In this document: piece after piece, positions 53,121 through 60,187 of the stretch
Layout of the letters: each line of letters begins with the position of its first letter
Position numbering within the stretch: position 1 is the first letter of the stretch
Notes under the pieces: generated by a model
What the model was told of the DNA's origin: nothing
The model's input: the letters and a program-made list of their open reading frames with translations, nothing else
Databases searched by the model: none
Assembly: GCA_026395295.1 (NCBI GenBank)
Contig: JAPLYZ010000006.1
Coordinates: 21,836-85,835 of the forward strand
Origin: Candidatus Staskawiczbacteria bacterium
Lineage (GTDB): Bacteria; Patescibacteriota; Minisyncoccia; Minisyncoccales; Staskawiczbacteraceae
Length of the DNA stretch: 64,000 nucleotides
Direction of reading: 5' to 3'
Made by a program: the position numbers and the translations under genes

Positions 53121-53660
53121 ATGAAAAAGATTTTAGATGAAATATTATGGAACATATATTATCAGACAGAGCAGGCTCGTGTTGGTGGCCGAAATGATGG
53201 CAGGTTTTTTATTTTGAACAGTGTGTTGAAAGATATCCATAATTTTAGTTCAAAACAATCAAACGCCGCAGTCTCTGACTTAAAAAAAGAAAAACTAATT
53301 GAGAAGAAAAATTACGAAGGCTCTGTTTTAATTTCTTTGACCGAAAGGGGAGTGTTGCGAGCGATTAATTTCAGATTTAGGAGGCTTGGCAACAAAAAAG
53401 AAAAATGGGACGGAAAGTGGCGTATGGTTTTCTTCAATATTCCAGAAAATCACAGAAAGGGGAGAGATGCATTAAGGTATCGGTTGAAAATGGCAGGGTT
53501 TCATAAACTGCAAGAAAGTATATTTATATATCCATATGAATGCGAAAAAGAAGTAAGAGATTTTATTAAGTTATTTAAATTGGAAAAATACGTCCGGTTT
53601 GGTTTATTGGATTTTATTGATGATGGTCAGCGTATTGCGGAATTCTTTAAATTAAAGTAA
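53121..53660 (+). CDS. Small wHTH + PaaX-like / Cas2-fold domain protein (paralog 1, 179 aa)
   Basis: KWDGKWRMVFFNIPENHRKGRDALRYRLKMAGFHKLQESIFIYPYE is the PaaX-family/Cas2-like pattern. The track ATG at 53073 overlaps the -10 box, so 53121 is preferred. Paralogous to 58178-58717. Confidence 0.7.
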   Translation: MKKILDEILWNIYYQTEQARVGGRNDGRFFILNSVLKDIHNFSSKQSNAAVSDLKKEKLIEKKNYEGSVLISLTERGVLRAINFRFRRLGNKKEKWDGKWRMVFFNIPENHRKGRDALRYRLKMAGFHKLQESIFIYPYECEKEVRDFIKLFKLEKYVRFGLLDFIDDGQRIAEFFKLK

Positions 53661-53662
53661 GT

Positions 53663-53683
53663 TTTTTCACGCCACGTGAAAAA
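53663..53683. repeat. Palindrome family 1, copy 2 (tttttcacg-cca-cgtgaaaaa)
   Basis: It starts 2 nt after the stop codon of the PaaX-like gene. The centre is inverted relative to copy 1. Confidence 0.9.
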
Positions 53684-53714
53684 GTAGTGTAATATGAAGC
53701 CGTTTCTGAAAGTG

Positions 53715-53743
53715 TTGACAAGGCCATTTGTGCATGCTATCAT
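53715..53743 (+). promoter_or_regulatory. Promoter of GC-rich cassette H
   Basis: TTGACA (53715-53720), 17-nt spacer, TATCAT (53738-53743). Confidence 0.6.
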
Positions 53744-53827
53744 AAATTTAGTTTTTTAACAATAAGTCGTTCTCGCCGGCTAACCCGCTCAACAGAGCAT
53801 GCGAGAGTTTGCAGAAGGAGGTAAAGT

Positions 53828-54079
53828 ATGAAAAGAGCATTTGTTTGGTTGGGCGCAATAATAATTTGCGTCATGTTCGCGTGCAGTGATTGGGGACACA
53901 GTTTTCTTTTTCCCAGCAGATTCAACGCAAAACCACAGGTTCCTTCTCTATTGCCGACGAACAGTTCTGCAACTTGGGTCCCGCCGTTTCGTGTGGCGGC
54001 GCCAAATACAAACCTCGGAGTCCGAGTGCTTAGTCGGCAGTGGATACCGAATGGTGCGGTCGCGTCGCCACGCAGGTAG
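53828..54079 (+). CDS. GC-rich cassette H: small secreted/lipoprotein-like protein (83 aa)
   Basis: Strong SD aaggaggt 6 nt before the ATG. Signal peptide MKRAFVWLGAIIICVMFAC with a lipobox-like Cys. Alternative overlapping frames exist (53886-54134). Confidence 0.5.
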   Translation: MKRAFVWLGAIIICVMFACSDWGHSFLFPSRFNAKPQVPSLLPTNSSATWVPPFRVAAPNTNLGVRVLSRQWIPNGAVASPRR

Positions 54080-54134
54080 CAGATGCATTAGGAGCTCGAG
54101 TATGTCGGCAGATGTCCAACAATTTTTGGTATAA

Positions 54135-54173
54135 GGGTAGGTCTAACGCAATGCGTCACCTGCCTCTTTTTTT
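54135..54173 (+). terminator. Terminator of cassette H
   Basis: gggtaggt...cacctgcc stem with G-U pairs, followed by tcttttttt. Confidence 0.55.
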
Positions 54174-54231
54174 GTTTGGACACCTCAATTCCACCATTCG
54201 AGGTATTTTACGCTTTGTGTTAGTTGGTATG

Positions 54232-54254
54232 TTTTTTCACGCCACGTGAAAAAA
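54232..54254. repeat. Palindrome family 1, copy 3 (ttttttcacg-cca-cgtgaaaaaa)
   Basis: 10-bp perfect arms. With its flanks (gtatgttttttcacgccacgtgaaaaaa) it is an inverted copy of copy 1. It lies 25 nt beyond the dnaE stop. Confidence 0.9.
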
Positions 54255-54278
54255 TATACTTTGAACCGCAGATTTAGT

Positions 54279-57200
54279 TTAGGCTTCTTTGGGAATGAGA
54301 ATCTCTTGAACGTCGTCGGCGACAATTTTAATTTCTCCGTTGCGGTCGTCAACTCTGCCTGCAACAAAAATAATTTTATTTTCCTGTAAGGCAACCGGGT
54401 TTCTTTCCAAAAGATTGGGGAAAATCACAACCTCGGTTTTCCCGGTTAAATCTTCGAGTTTCATAAACAGCATTGGCTGGCCCTTTTTTGTGATAATTTT
54501 TTTGACAGAAGAAACCAATCCGCCCAGGATGACTTTTTTATTTACAAAACCGGCATCAATTTTCGAAATAGCGGTTGTCCTTGTTTCAAAAAGTTTTTTA
54601 AAACCATTCAATGGATGCGAGCTTACATAAAGTCCTAAAAGTTCTTTTTCCCAGCCAAGTTTTTCAAAATTGCTTGCAGGGGTTGCTGATTCAAGCTTTA
54701 TATCGTGATTTATTTTTACACTGCTGTTGGCAAAAAGCCCCATTTGGTTTGTGTTTTGTTTTTTGTTATTTTCGCGGGCAATTTCCAGCATTTTTTCCAG
54801 GTTTTGCAAAAGCTGGTTTCTCTCGGCAAATTGGTCAAAAGCGCCGGCTTTGATTAACGCCTCCATTGATTTTTTATTCAAATCTTTTGACTTTACTCTG
54901 TGTATAAAATCTCCGATTGATTGAAATTGCCCGCCAGATTTTCTTTCCTCAACGACCGCGTCAATTATATTCACTCCAACATTTTTTACCGCCAGCAATC
55001 CAAACCTTATTTGGTTTTTTTCTGAAACCACGGTGAAGTTTTTCAAACTTTCGTTGATGTTTGGCGGTAAGACCTCAACTTCCATTTTTTTGCACTCGTC
55101 AATTAAAAATGAAATTCTTTCCACGTCGGCTCTTTCAGAAGTCAAAACAGACGCCATAAATTCAACAGGGTAGTGAGCCTTTAGGTAAGCTGTCTGGTAG
55201 GCGATTGTGGCGTAAGCTGCTGAGTGCGATTTGTTGAAACCGTAAGAAGCAAAAGGCAAAACCCACTGCCACAATTCCTCGGCAATTTTTTTTGAAACGC
55301 CGTTTTTCATGGCTCCCTGCACAAATTTTGTTTCTTGCGCGTCCAAAAGTTCTTTTATTTTTTTACCAACCGCTTTTCTTAAAACATCTGCCTCGCCCAA
55401 GGTGAATCCGCAAATTTCCTGGGCAATTTTCATCAGTTGTTCCTGATAAATGCAGATGCCCTGAGTTCCCCTTAAAATTGGTTCAAGCTTTGGATGCAGG
55501 TATTCGATCTTCTGCTTGTTGTGCTTTCTTTCAATGTAATCAGGAATAAATTGCATAGGACCCGGGCGATATAAAGCGACCATGGCAGTAATGTCTTCAA
55601 ATGTTGTAGGGTGAAGTTCTTTCAAATATCTTTTCATTCCATCAGATTCCAACTGGAACACAGAAGTAGTTAAAGCGTCCTGCAAGAGTTTATAGGTTTT
55701 CGCGTCGTCGTATGGAATTTTATCTAAATCAATTTTCAAATTATCGTGCAAAACATAAATGCGAGCCAAAGTGTCTTCAATTATGGTCAGGTTTTTCAAA
55801 CCTAAAAAGTCCATTTTCAAGAGCCCCAAGTCTTCAATGCCGTGCATTTCGTACTGGGTAATAATTCCTTCGTCGCCCTCTTTGGGCGGTCTTTGCAATG
55901 GAACAGTATTGGTTAAAGGTTCAGCCGAAATCACAACCCCGCAAGCATGAGTGGAAGCGTGTCGCGCAACTCCTTCCAACTTTTTTCCAAGGTCAATTAA
56001 GCGCTTGCACATTGGGTCTGTTTCGTATTTATCTTTAAATTCGTCAACTTTTTCCAAGGTTTCTGCCAAATCCATGCCCATGGGAATCATTTTCGCCAGT
56101 TGGTCGCAATAGGAATAGGTGTACTGCAAAGCCCTGCCAACATCGCGCACAACAGCCCTGGCGGCCATTGTTCCAAAGGTTATAATTTGCGCCACATGGT
56201 CAGAGCCATATTTTTGAGCTACATATTTTATAACTTCATCCCGCCTTCTGTCGGCAAAATCTAAGTCAATATCGGGCATGGAAATTCTCTCGGGGTTTAA
56301 AAATCTTTCAAAAAGCAGGTCGTGCTTCAACGGGTCAACGTTTGTGATGTTGGTTAAATAAGCAACCAAAGATCCGCCTGCCGAGCCTCTGCCAGGGCCC
56401 ACGATAATTCTGTTTTGCTTTGACCAATTCACAAAATCTTGGACAATCAAAAAGTACCCGGCAAAACCGGTTTTTTCGATTACCGAAAGCTCATAGTTCA
56501 TCCTGTCATTTATTTTTTTCAGAAGCTCGGCATCTGTAATTTCGCCAAATCTTGTTTTTAATCCTTGCTGGCAAAGTTCCTCTAAAAATTTTTCTGCTGT
56601 TTTTCCTTCCGGTAACGGGAATGTCGGAAGCTTTGTTTTTCCCAGTTCAATTTTTAAGTTGCAGGCATCAGCTATTTTTTGTGTGTTTTCAATGGCCTCG
56701 GGAACATCTTTAAAATGTTCGGCCATTTCTTCTGGAGAAAACATAGAAAAATTATCTTCGGTCATGGTTAGCCGTTCTGTGTCGTTGGCGTCGGCCCCCG
56801 TGTTTATCAACATTAAAACATCTTGTGCCTCGGAGTCCTCTTTTTTTAAATAATGAATATCATTCGTCGCCACCAAAGGAATGCCGGTTTTTTTTGAGAG
56901 CTCAATTAATCTTTTGTTGGCGGTTTCTTGTTCGGGTATGTGTTCGTGATGTTGCAACTCTAAATAAAAATTTCCTTTACCGAAAAACTTTTCATATTTT
57001 TTGGCTGTTTCTTCTGCTTCGTCTAATTTATTTGCCAAAAGCAATCTTGGGATTTTTCCTTGCACGCAGGCTGAAAGCCCAATCAAGCCCTCGGCATATT
57101 TTTCCAGAACCTCTTCATCAATTCTCGGCTTATAATAAAAGCCCTCCAGGTGGGCGATTGTCACAAGTTTCACTAGATTTTTATAACCTTGTTCGTTTCT

Positions 57201-57476
57201 TGCTAAAAGGATTAAGTGGTTACGTTTTGAGTCAATGTTTGGTCTTTTATCGGAAAGTTTTTCAAAAGCAGTATAAATTTCGCATCCGATTATTGGTTTT
57301 ATTCCTTTGGACTTTGCTTTTTTATAAAATTCAATGGCGCCGTACATAACTCCGTGGTCAGTTATGGCAACAGAATTCATTCCCAGTTCTTTGACGTAAT
57401 CTAAAAGCTCGTCAATTTTTGGCAAACCGTCAAGCAAAGAATAGTGGCTGTGAACGTGTAAATGTGTGAATTTCAT
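54279..57476 (-). CDS. dnaE: DNA polymerase III alpha subunit
   Basis: N-terminal PHP domain (FTHLHVHSHYSLLDG), polymerase core (PDIDLDF, GLLKMDFLGLKNL), and a C-terminal OB fold. Confidence 0.97.
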   Translation of the reverse strand: MKFTHLHVHSHYSLLDGLPKIDELLDYVKELGMNSVAITDHGVMYGAIEFYKKAKSKGIKPIIGCEIYTAFEKLSDKRPNIDSKRNHLILLARNEQGYKNLVKLVTIAHLEGFYYKPRIDEEVLEKYAEGLIGLSACVQGKIPRLLLANKLDEAEETAKKYEKFFGKGNFYLELQHHEHIPEQETANKRLIELSKKTGIPLVATNDIHYLKKEDSEAQDVLMLINTGADANDTERLTMTEDNFSMFSPEEMAEHFKDVPEAIENTQKIADACNLKIELGKTKLPTFPLPEGKTAEKFLEELCQQGLKTRFGEITDAELLKKINDRMNYELSVIEKTGFAGYFLIVQDFVNWSKQNRIIVGPGRGSAGGSLVAYLTNITNVDPLKHDLLFERFLNPERISMPDIDLDFADRRRDEVIKYVAQKYGSDHVAQIITFGTMAARAVVRDVGRALQYTYSYCDQLAKMIPMGMDLAETLEKVDEFKDKYETDPMCKRLIDLGKKLEGVARHASTHACGVVISAEPLTNTVPLQRPPKEGDEGIITQYEMHGIEDLGLLKMDFLGLKNLTIIEDTLARIYVLHDNLKIDLDKIPYDDAKTYKLLQDALTTSVFQLESDGMKRYLKELHPTTFEDITAMVALYRPGPMQFIPDYIERKHNKQKIEYLHPKLEPILRGTQGICIYQEQLMKIAQEICGFTLGEADVLRKAVGKKIKELLDAQETKFVQGAMKNGVSKKIAEELWQWVLPFASYGFNKSHSAAYATIAYQTAYLKAHYPVEFMASVLTSERADVERISFLIDECKKMEVEVLPPNINESLKNFTVVSEKNQIRFGLLAVKNVGVNIIDAVVEERKSGGQFQSIGDFIHRVKSKDLNKKSMEALIKAGAFDQFAERNQLLQNLEKMLEIARENNKKQNTNQMGLFANSSVKINHDIKLESATPASNFEKLGWEKELLGLYVSSHPLNGFKKLFETRTTAISKIDAGFVNKKVILGGLVSSVKKIITKKGQPMLFMKLEDLTGKTEVVIFPNLLERNPVALQENKIIFVAGRVDDRNGEIKIVADDVQEILIPKEA

Positions 57477-57525
57477 TGTTGTTTATTCTGTTTATTTTAC
57501 TTTTTATGCTCCTCGCGGTCAACCA

Positions 57526-57554
57526 TTGACAAGCATATCAAAGTATGCAATACT
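57526..57554 (+). promoter_or_regulatory. Promoter of cassette I (divergent from dnaE)
   Basis: TTGACA (57526-57531), 17-nt spacer, AATACT (57549-57554). Confidence 0.5.
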
Positions 57555-57583
57555 CAATGTAAGCTCATTAACAATTTGCTGAT

Positions 57584-57790
57584 ATGAAAAAAATAAAGTT
57601 GCTGACATGTGTTGGGTTGGTCTGTTTCTCTGTATTGTTGGTGTTAAGCTTTCTTTCAGACACTGACATTGTCCATGTTGTGAAATATATAATGGGTGGC
57701 ACAACAGTTATTTGTCTCGGCGTTGCCGACTTTCTCGTGACTCGGCAGAAATGTAGAGACATCAACAACAGCCGTCTTTACAAGCCCTAA
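57584..57790 (+). CDS. Cassette I gene 1: small two-TM membrane protein (68 aa)
   Basis: Two hydrophobic helices. Moderately GC-enriched. Confidence 0.5.
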   Translation: MKKIKLLTCVGLVCFSVLLVLSFLSDTDIVHVVKYIMGGTTVICLGVADFLVTRQKCRDINNSRLYKP

Positions 57791-57802
57791 GAAAGGAGCA
57801 TT

Positions 57803-58006
57803 ATGTTTTTCAAAAAATGGTTTAGACAAAGAAAGCTGGCGAAGTTGGAAAAAGACTTGGTCAGAGCAAGGTCATTGCTTGCATCATACAAAGGTATTAG
57901 TTCTTCTGCCGCAGATTCTTTCTTAACATGGCAGGCGTGGGCGCCGGAGGGTTTCTACTCAAGGGAAGTTAGTAGGCTGGAACAGGAAATCCAGTCGTTG
58001 AGATAA
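57803..58006 (+). CDS. Cassette I gene 2: small basic coiled-coil protein (67 aa)
   Basis: Good SD (aaaggag) 6 nt upstream. Heptad-like KLAKLEKDLVRARSLL...LEQEIQSL. Confidence 0.5.
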   Translation: MFFKKWFRQRKLAKLEKDLVRARSLLASYKGISSSAADSFLTWQAWAPEGFYSREVSRLEQEIQSLR

Positions 58007-58029
58007 CGGCGAAGTAATTTTCGGCTAAA

Positions 58030-58091
58030 CCTCGGATGAGAAATCTCGCAAAACAATTTTGCGTGGAATCTCATCGCGGGGTTCTTTTTTT
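58030..58091 (+). terminator. Terminator of cassette I (long compound hairpin)
   Basis: cctcggatgaga...tctcatcgcgggg outer stem, with an inner cgcaaaa-caa-ttttgcg, followed by ttcttttttt. Confidence 0.6.
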
Positions 58092-58113
58092 GTATTAATT
58101 ATTTATGTCATCC

Positions 58114-58153
58114 TCTCGGTAAAAACTACGCCATGGCGTAGTTTTTACCGAGA
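58114..58153. repeat. Palindrome family 2, copy 1: perfect 40-bp palindrome tctcggtaaaaactacgcca|tggcgtagtttttaccgaga
   Basis: Read directly from the sequence. It is followed by tggTATAAT (-10 box at 58166-58171) and the ATG at 58178, so the transcript looks leaderless. Confidence 0.95.
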
Positions 58154-58177
58154 CTGGATTTGTGGTATAATGAATAT

Positions 58178-58717
58178 ATGAGCAATACAAGAGAAAAGAT
58201 ATTATTACTTTTGTTGGGAGGGTTAGCTTTTGGTTGTAGTTATACGTCTCGAAATCAGTGGAGAATATTACGAACCGTCTCACGGGAGTGGAAAAAATTA
58301 GATCAAAAAGAATTAAGAGAGGGAATAACATATTTGTATAGATTGGGGGTTCTCGATAGAGAAGAAAATAGTGATGGAATTTTTAAAGTTTCATTAACAG
58401 AAAAGGGTAAATTAAAGGCGTTAAATTGTCGGCTTAACAGTATAAAAAATAAAGAAATAAAATGGGATAAGAAATGGAGGATGGTTTCTTTTGATGTCCC
58501 TCAAAAGTTTAAAAAAGAAAGGGATGTCTTGCGCAGAAAATTAAAAAAGATTGGATTTTGTGAATTGCAAAAGAGTGTTTTTATAACTCCTTTTGATTGC
58601 AAGGAGGAAATAGAGGATTTAGTTAAGCGCTTTGAATTGGACGAATACGTCCGTTTCGGAATTTTAGAGTATATTGACAGAGAGGGCTATTTCAGAAAAT
58701 TTTTCAAGGTAAATTAA
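58178..58717 (+). CDS. Small wHTH + PaaX-like / Cas2-fold domain protein (paralog 2, 179 aa)
   Basis: KWDKKWRMVSFDVPQKFKKERDVLRRKLKKIGFCELQKSVFITPFD. The ATG at 58178 lies 6 nt after the -10 box. Same length as paralog 1. Confidence 0.7.
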   Translation: MSNTREKILLLLLGGLAFGCSYTSRNQWRILRTVSREWKKLDQKELREGITYLYRLGVLDREENSDGIFKVSLTEKGKLKALNCRLNSIKNKEIKWDKKWRMVSFDVPQKFKKERDVLRRKLKKIGFCELQKSVFITPFDCKEEIEDLVKRFELDEYVRFGILEYIDREGYFRKFFKVN

Positions 58718-58722
58718 ATGAC

Positions 58723-58762
58723 TCTCGGTAAAAACTACGCCATGGCGTAGTTTTTACCGAGA
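58723..58762. repeat. Palindrome family 2, copy 2: identical 40-bp palindrome
   Basis: Exact repeat. The shared 45-mer is 58113-58157 = 58722-58766. It starts 5 nt after the stop codon and ends 8 nt before the rnhB ATG. Confidence 0.95.
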
Positions 58763-58770
58763 CTGGCGTT

Positions 58771-59460
58771 ATGAACTATCCGAATTTTGAAGAGGAAAAA
58801 AAATTATGGAAAAAAGGGTATAAATTTGTTGTTGGTTTAGATGAGGCAGGCAGGGGGCCTTTAGCTGGTCCGGTTGTTGCTGGCGCGGTTATCATAAATC
58901 CGAAGCACGAAATGCGAAACCCGAAACAATATCGAATTTCGAGTTTAGGTATAAGGGATTCTAAACAGTTGTCAGAAAAGCAGCGAGAACGTTTGTTCAA
59001 ATTTTTGACTCGGCACCAAGATATTAGATGGGGGATTGGCATTGTTTCGGAAAAAATAATTGATAAAATCAACATTTTGGAGGCGACAAAACTGGCAATG
59101 CAGAAAGCAGTAGAGAATTTAAAAAAAGATGGGTGGGTTCATAATTCACGCTATCGCGCGAAAAGTGAACCTGGTGTAAAAGTGGATTTTTTGTTAATTG
59201 ATGGGAATTTTAGGATAAAATCTAATGTTCCTCAGAAATCCATTATTAAAGGAGACCAAAAAGTTGTTTCAATTTCGGCGGCGAGCATAATTGCCAAAGT
59301 TACCAGGGACAGAATAATGAAAAAAATTCATAAAAAATACCCGCAGTATAATTTTGCAAAGCACAAAGGGTATCCAACAAAGTTGCACAGAGAAATGATA
59401 AAAAAATTTGGAATTTGTCCTATCCACAGAAAGTCTTTTTATCCTATATCGTCAATGTGA
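58771..59460 (+). CDS. rnhB: Ribonuclease HII
   Basis: VGLDEAGRGPLAGPVVAGAV, DSKQLS, IIAKVTRD, GYPT. Confidence 0.93.
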   Translation: MNYPNFEEEKKLWKKGYKFVVGLDEAGRGPLAGPVVAGAVIINPKHEMRNPKQYRISSLGIRDSKQLSEKQRERLFKFLTRHQDIRWGIGIVSEKIIDKINILEATKLAMQKAVENLKKDGWVHNSRYRAKSEPGVKVDFLLIDGNFRIKSNVPQKSIIKGDQKVVSISAASIIAKVTRDRIMKKIHKKYPQYNFAKHKGYPTKLHREMIKKFGICPIHRKSFYPISSM

Positions 59461-59470
59461 ATATTAACTA

Positions 59471-59499
59471 AAAAACTGCCCCGTTGCCGGGGCAGTTTT
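59471..59499. terminator. Bidirectional terminator
   Basis: aaaaa, then ctgccccg-ttgc-cggggcag, then tttt, between convergent genes. Confidence 0.8.
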
Positions 59500-59509
59500 G
59501 GTTTATTCT

Positions 59510-60187
59510 CTACTGAAACGGCGAGATCTCTTTCCACGTCGGCGTAGTCAGGTTTGTCTTCACGGTCACGTTATTGAGGTAGCTGGTGCTACAGCAGTAG
59601 GTTCCGGGACTGTCGCAAACTTGCAGGTTGGCAGTCTTTGTTCCTACGGTAGAGTAGAGATGAGTAACAGAGCTTGCCTTGCAACTGGCATCTCCTGCGC
59701 TGTCGCAAGTGGCGCCGTCTCCATAGCTCCAGAGATATGTTCGGTTGCCGTTTGTTACGCAAGACTGGGCAGTGTTGCTTGCGTCGTAGCAGATTGAAGT
59801 GTCTTTGAAGGTAACAGGACGACCCAGCAGAACATTGGCGGGGTCAAGCGTGAATGACGGGCTCGGCCATGATTTAGTTGCCGTTGCAAAGTATGTGCCG
59901 GGCATAGTTGTAGTTGTTCCTCCGTAATACCATGTGGCAGAACTACACGGATGGGTCGCGTCGCACGCTCTTACTCGCCAGTAGTATCGAAGAGTGCCTG
60001 TAGTGTTGTAGAGTAATTCATTTTTTGTCCCCGGGTTGATGCTATTGATGTGAACAGGTCCTGTAATGACCGAAGGGTTGAAAGTTCCGCTAGGATAACC
60101 CTGTGTACTGCTGGCAAAGTAGTCTATAGAAGAGAACGTACTACTTTGTGACACTTGCAAATCAAATCCTGCGCTAGAATCGCACAA
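59510..60187 (-). CDS. PKD-domain C-terminal segment, probably the frameshifted continuation of the giant surface protein
   Basis: Contains FKDTS...YLWSYGDG...HLYSTVGTKTANLQVCD (PKD). It has only a TTG start and no RBS, and overlaps the upstream ORF by 64 nt in the -1 frame. Confidence 0.55.
   Translation of the reverse strand: MCDSSAGFDLQVSQSSTFSSIDYFASSTQGYPSGTFNPSVITGPVHINSINPGTKNELLYNTTGTLRYYWRVRACDATHPCSSATWYYGGTTTTMPGTYFATATKSWPSPSFTLDPANVLLGRPVTFKDTSICYDASNTAQSCVTNGNRTYLWSYGDGATCDSAGDASCKASSVTHLYSTVGTKTANLQVCDSPGTYCCSTSYLNNVTVKTNLTTPTWKEISPFQ

Noticed and set aside
53032-54254. Interpreting the T6-CACG-N3-CGTG-A6 palindromes, the 40-bp palindromes at 58114/58723 and the aggttgtcatatgacaacct palindromes as ordinary rho-independent terminators.
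   Set aside because: None is followed by a free T-run. In family 1 the T- and A-runs pair with each other. Upstream copies sit in promoter -35 positions, and genuine terminators (GC stem plus T-run) are present separately nearby.
53032-54254. A CRISPR array.
   Set aside because: Only three repeat copies are present, about 570-626 bp apart, one of them inverted. The intervening segments are complete genes with promoters. No cas genes are present, and nowhere in the window are there short, regularly spaced repeats.
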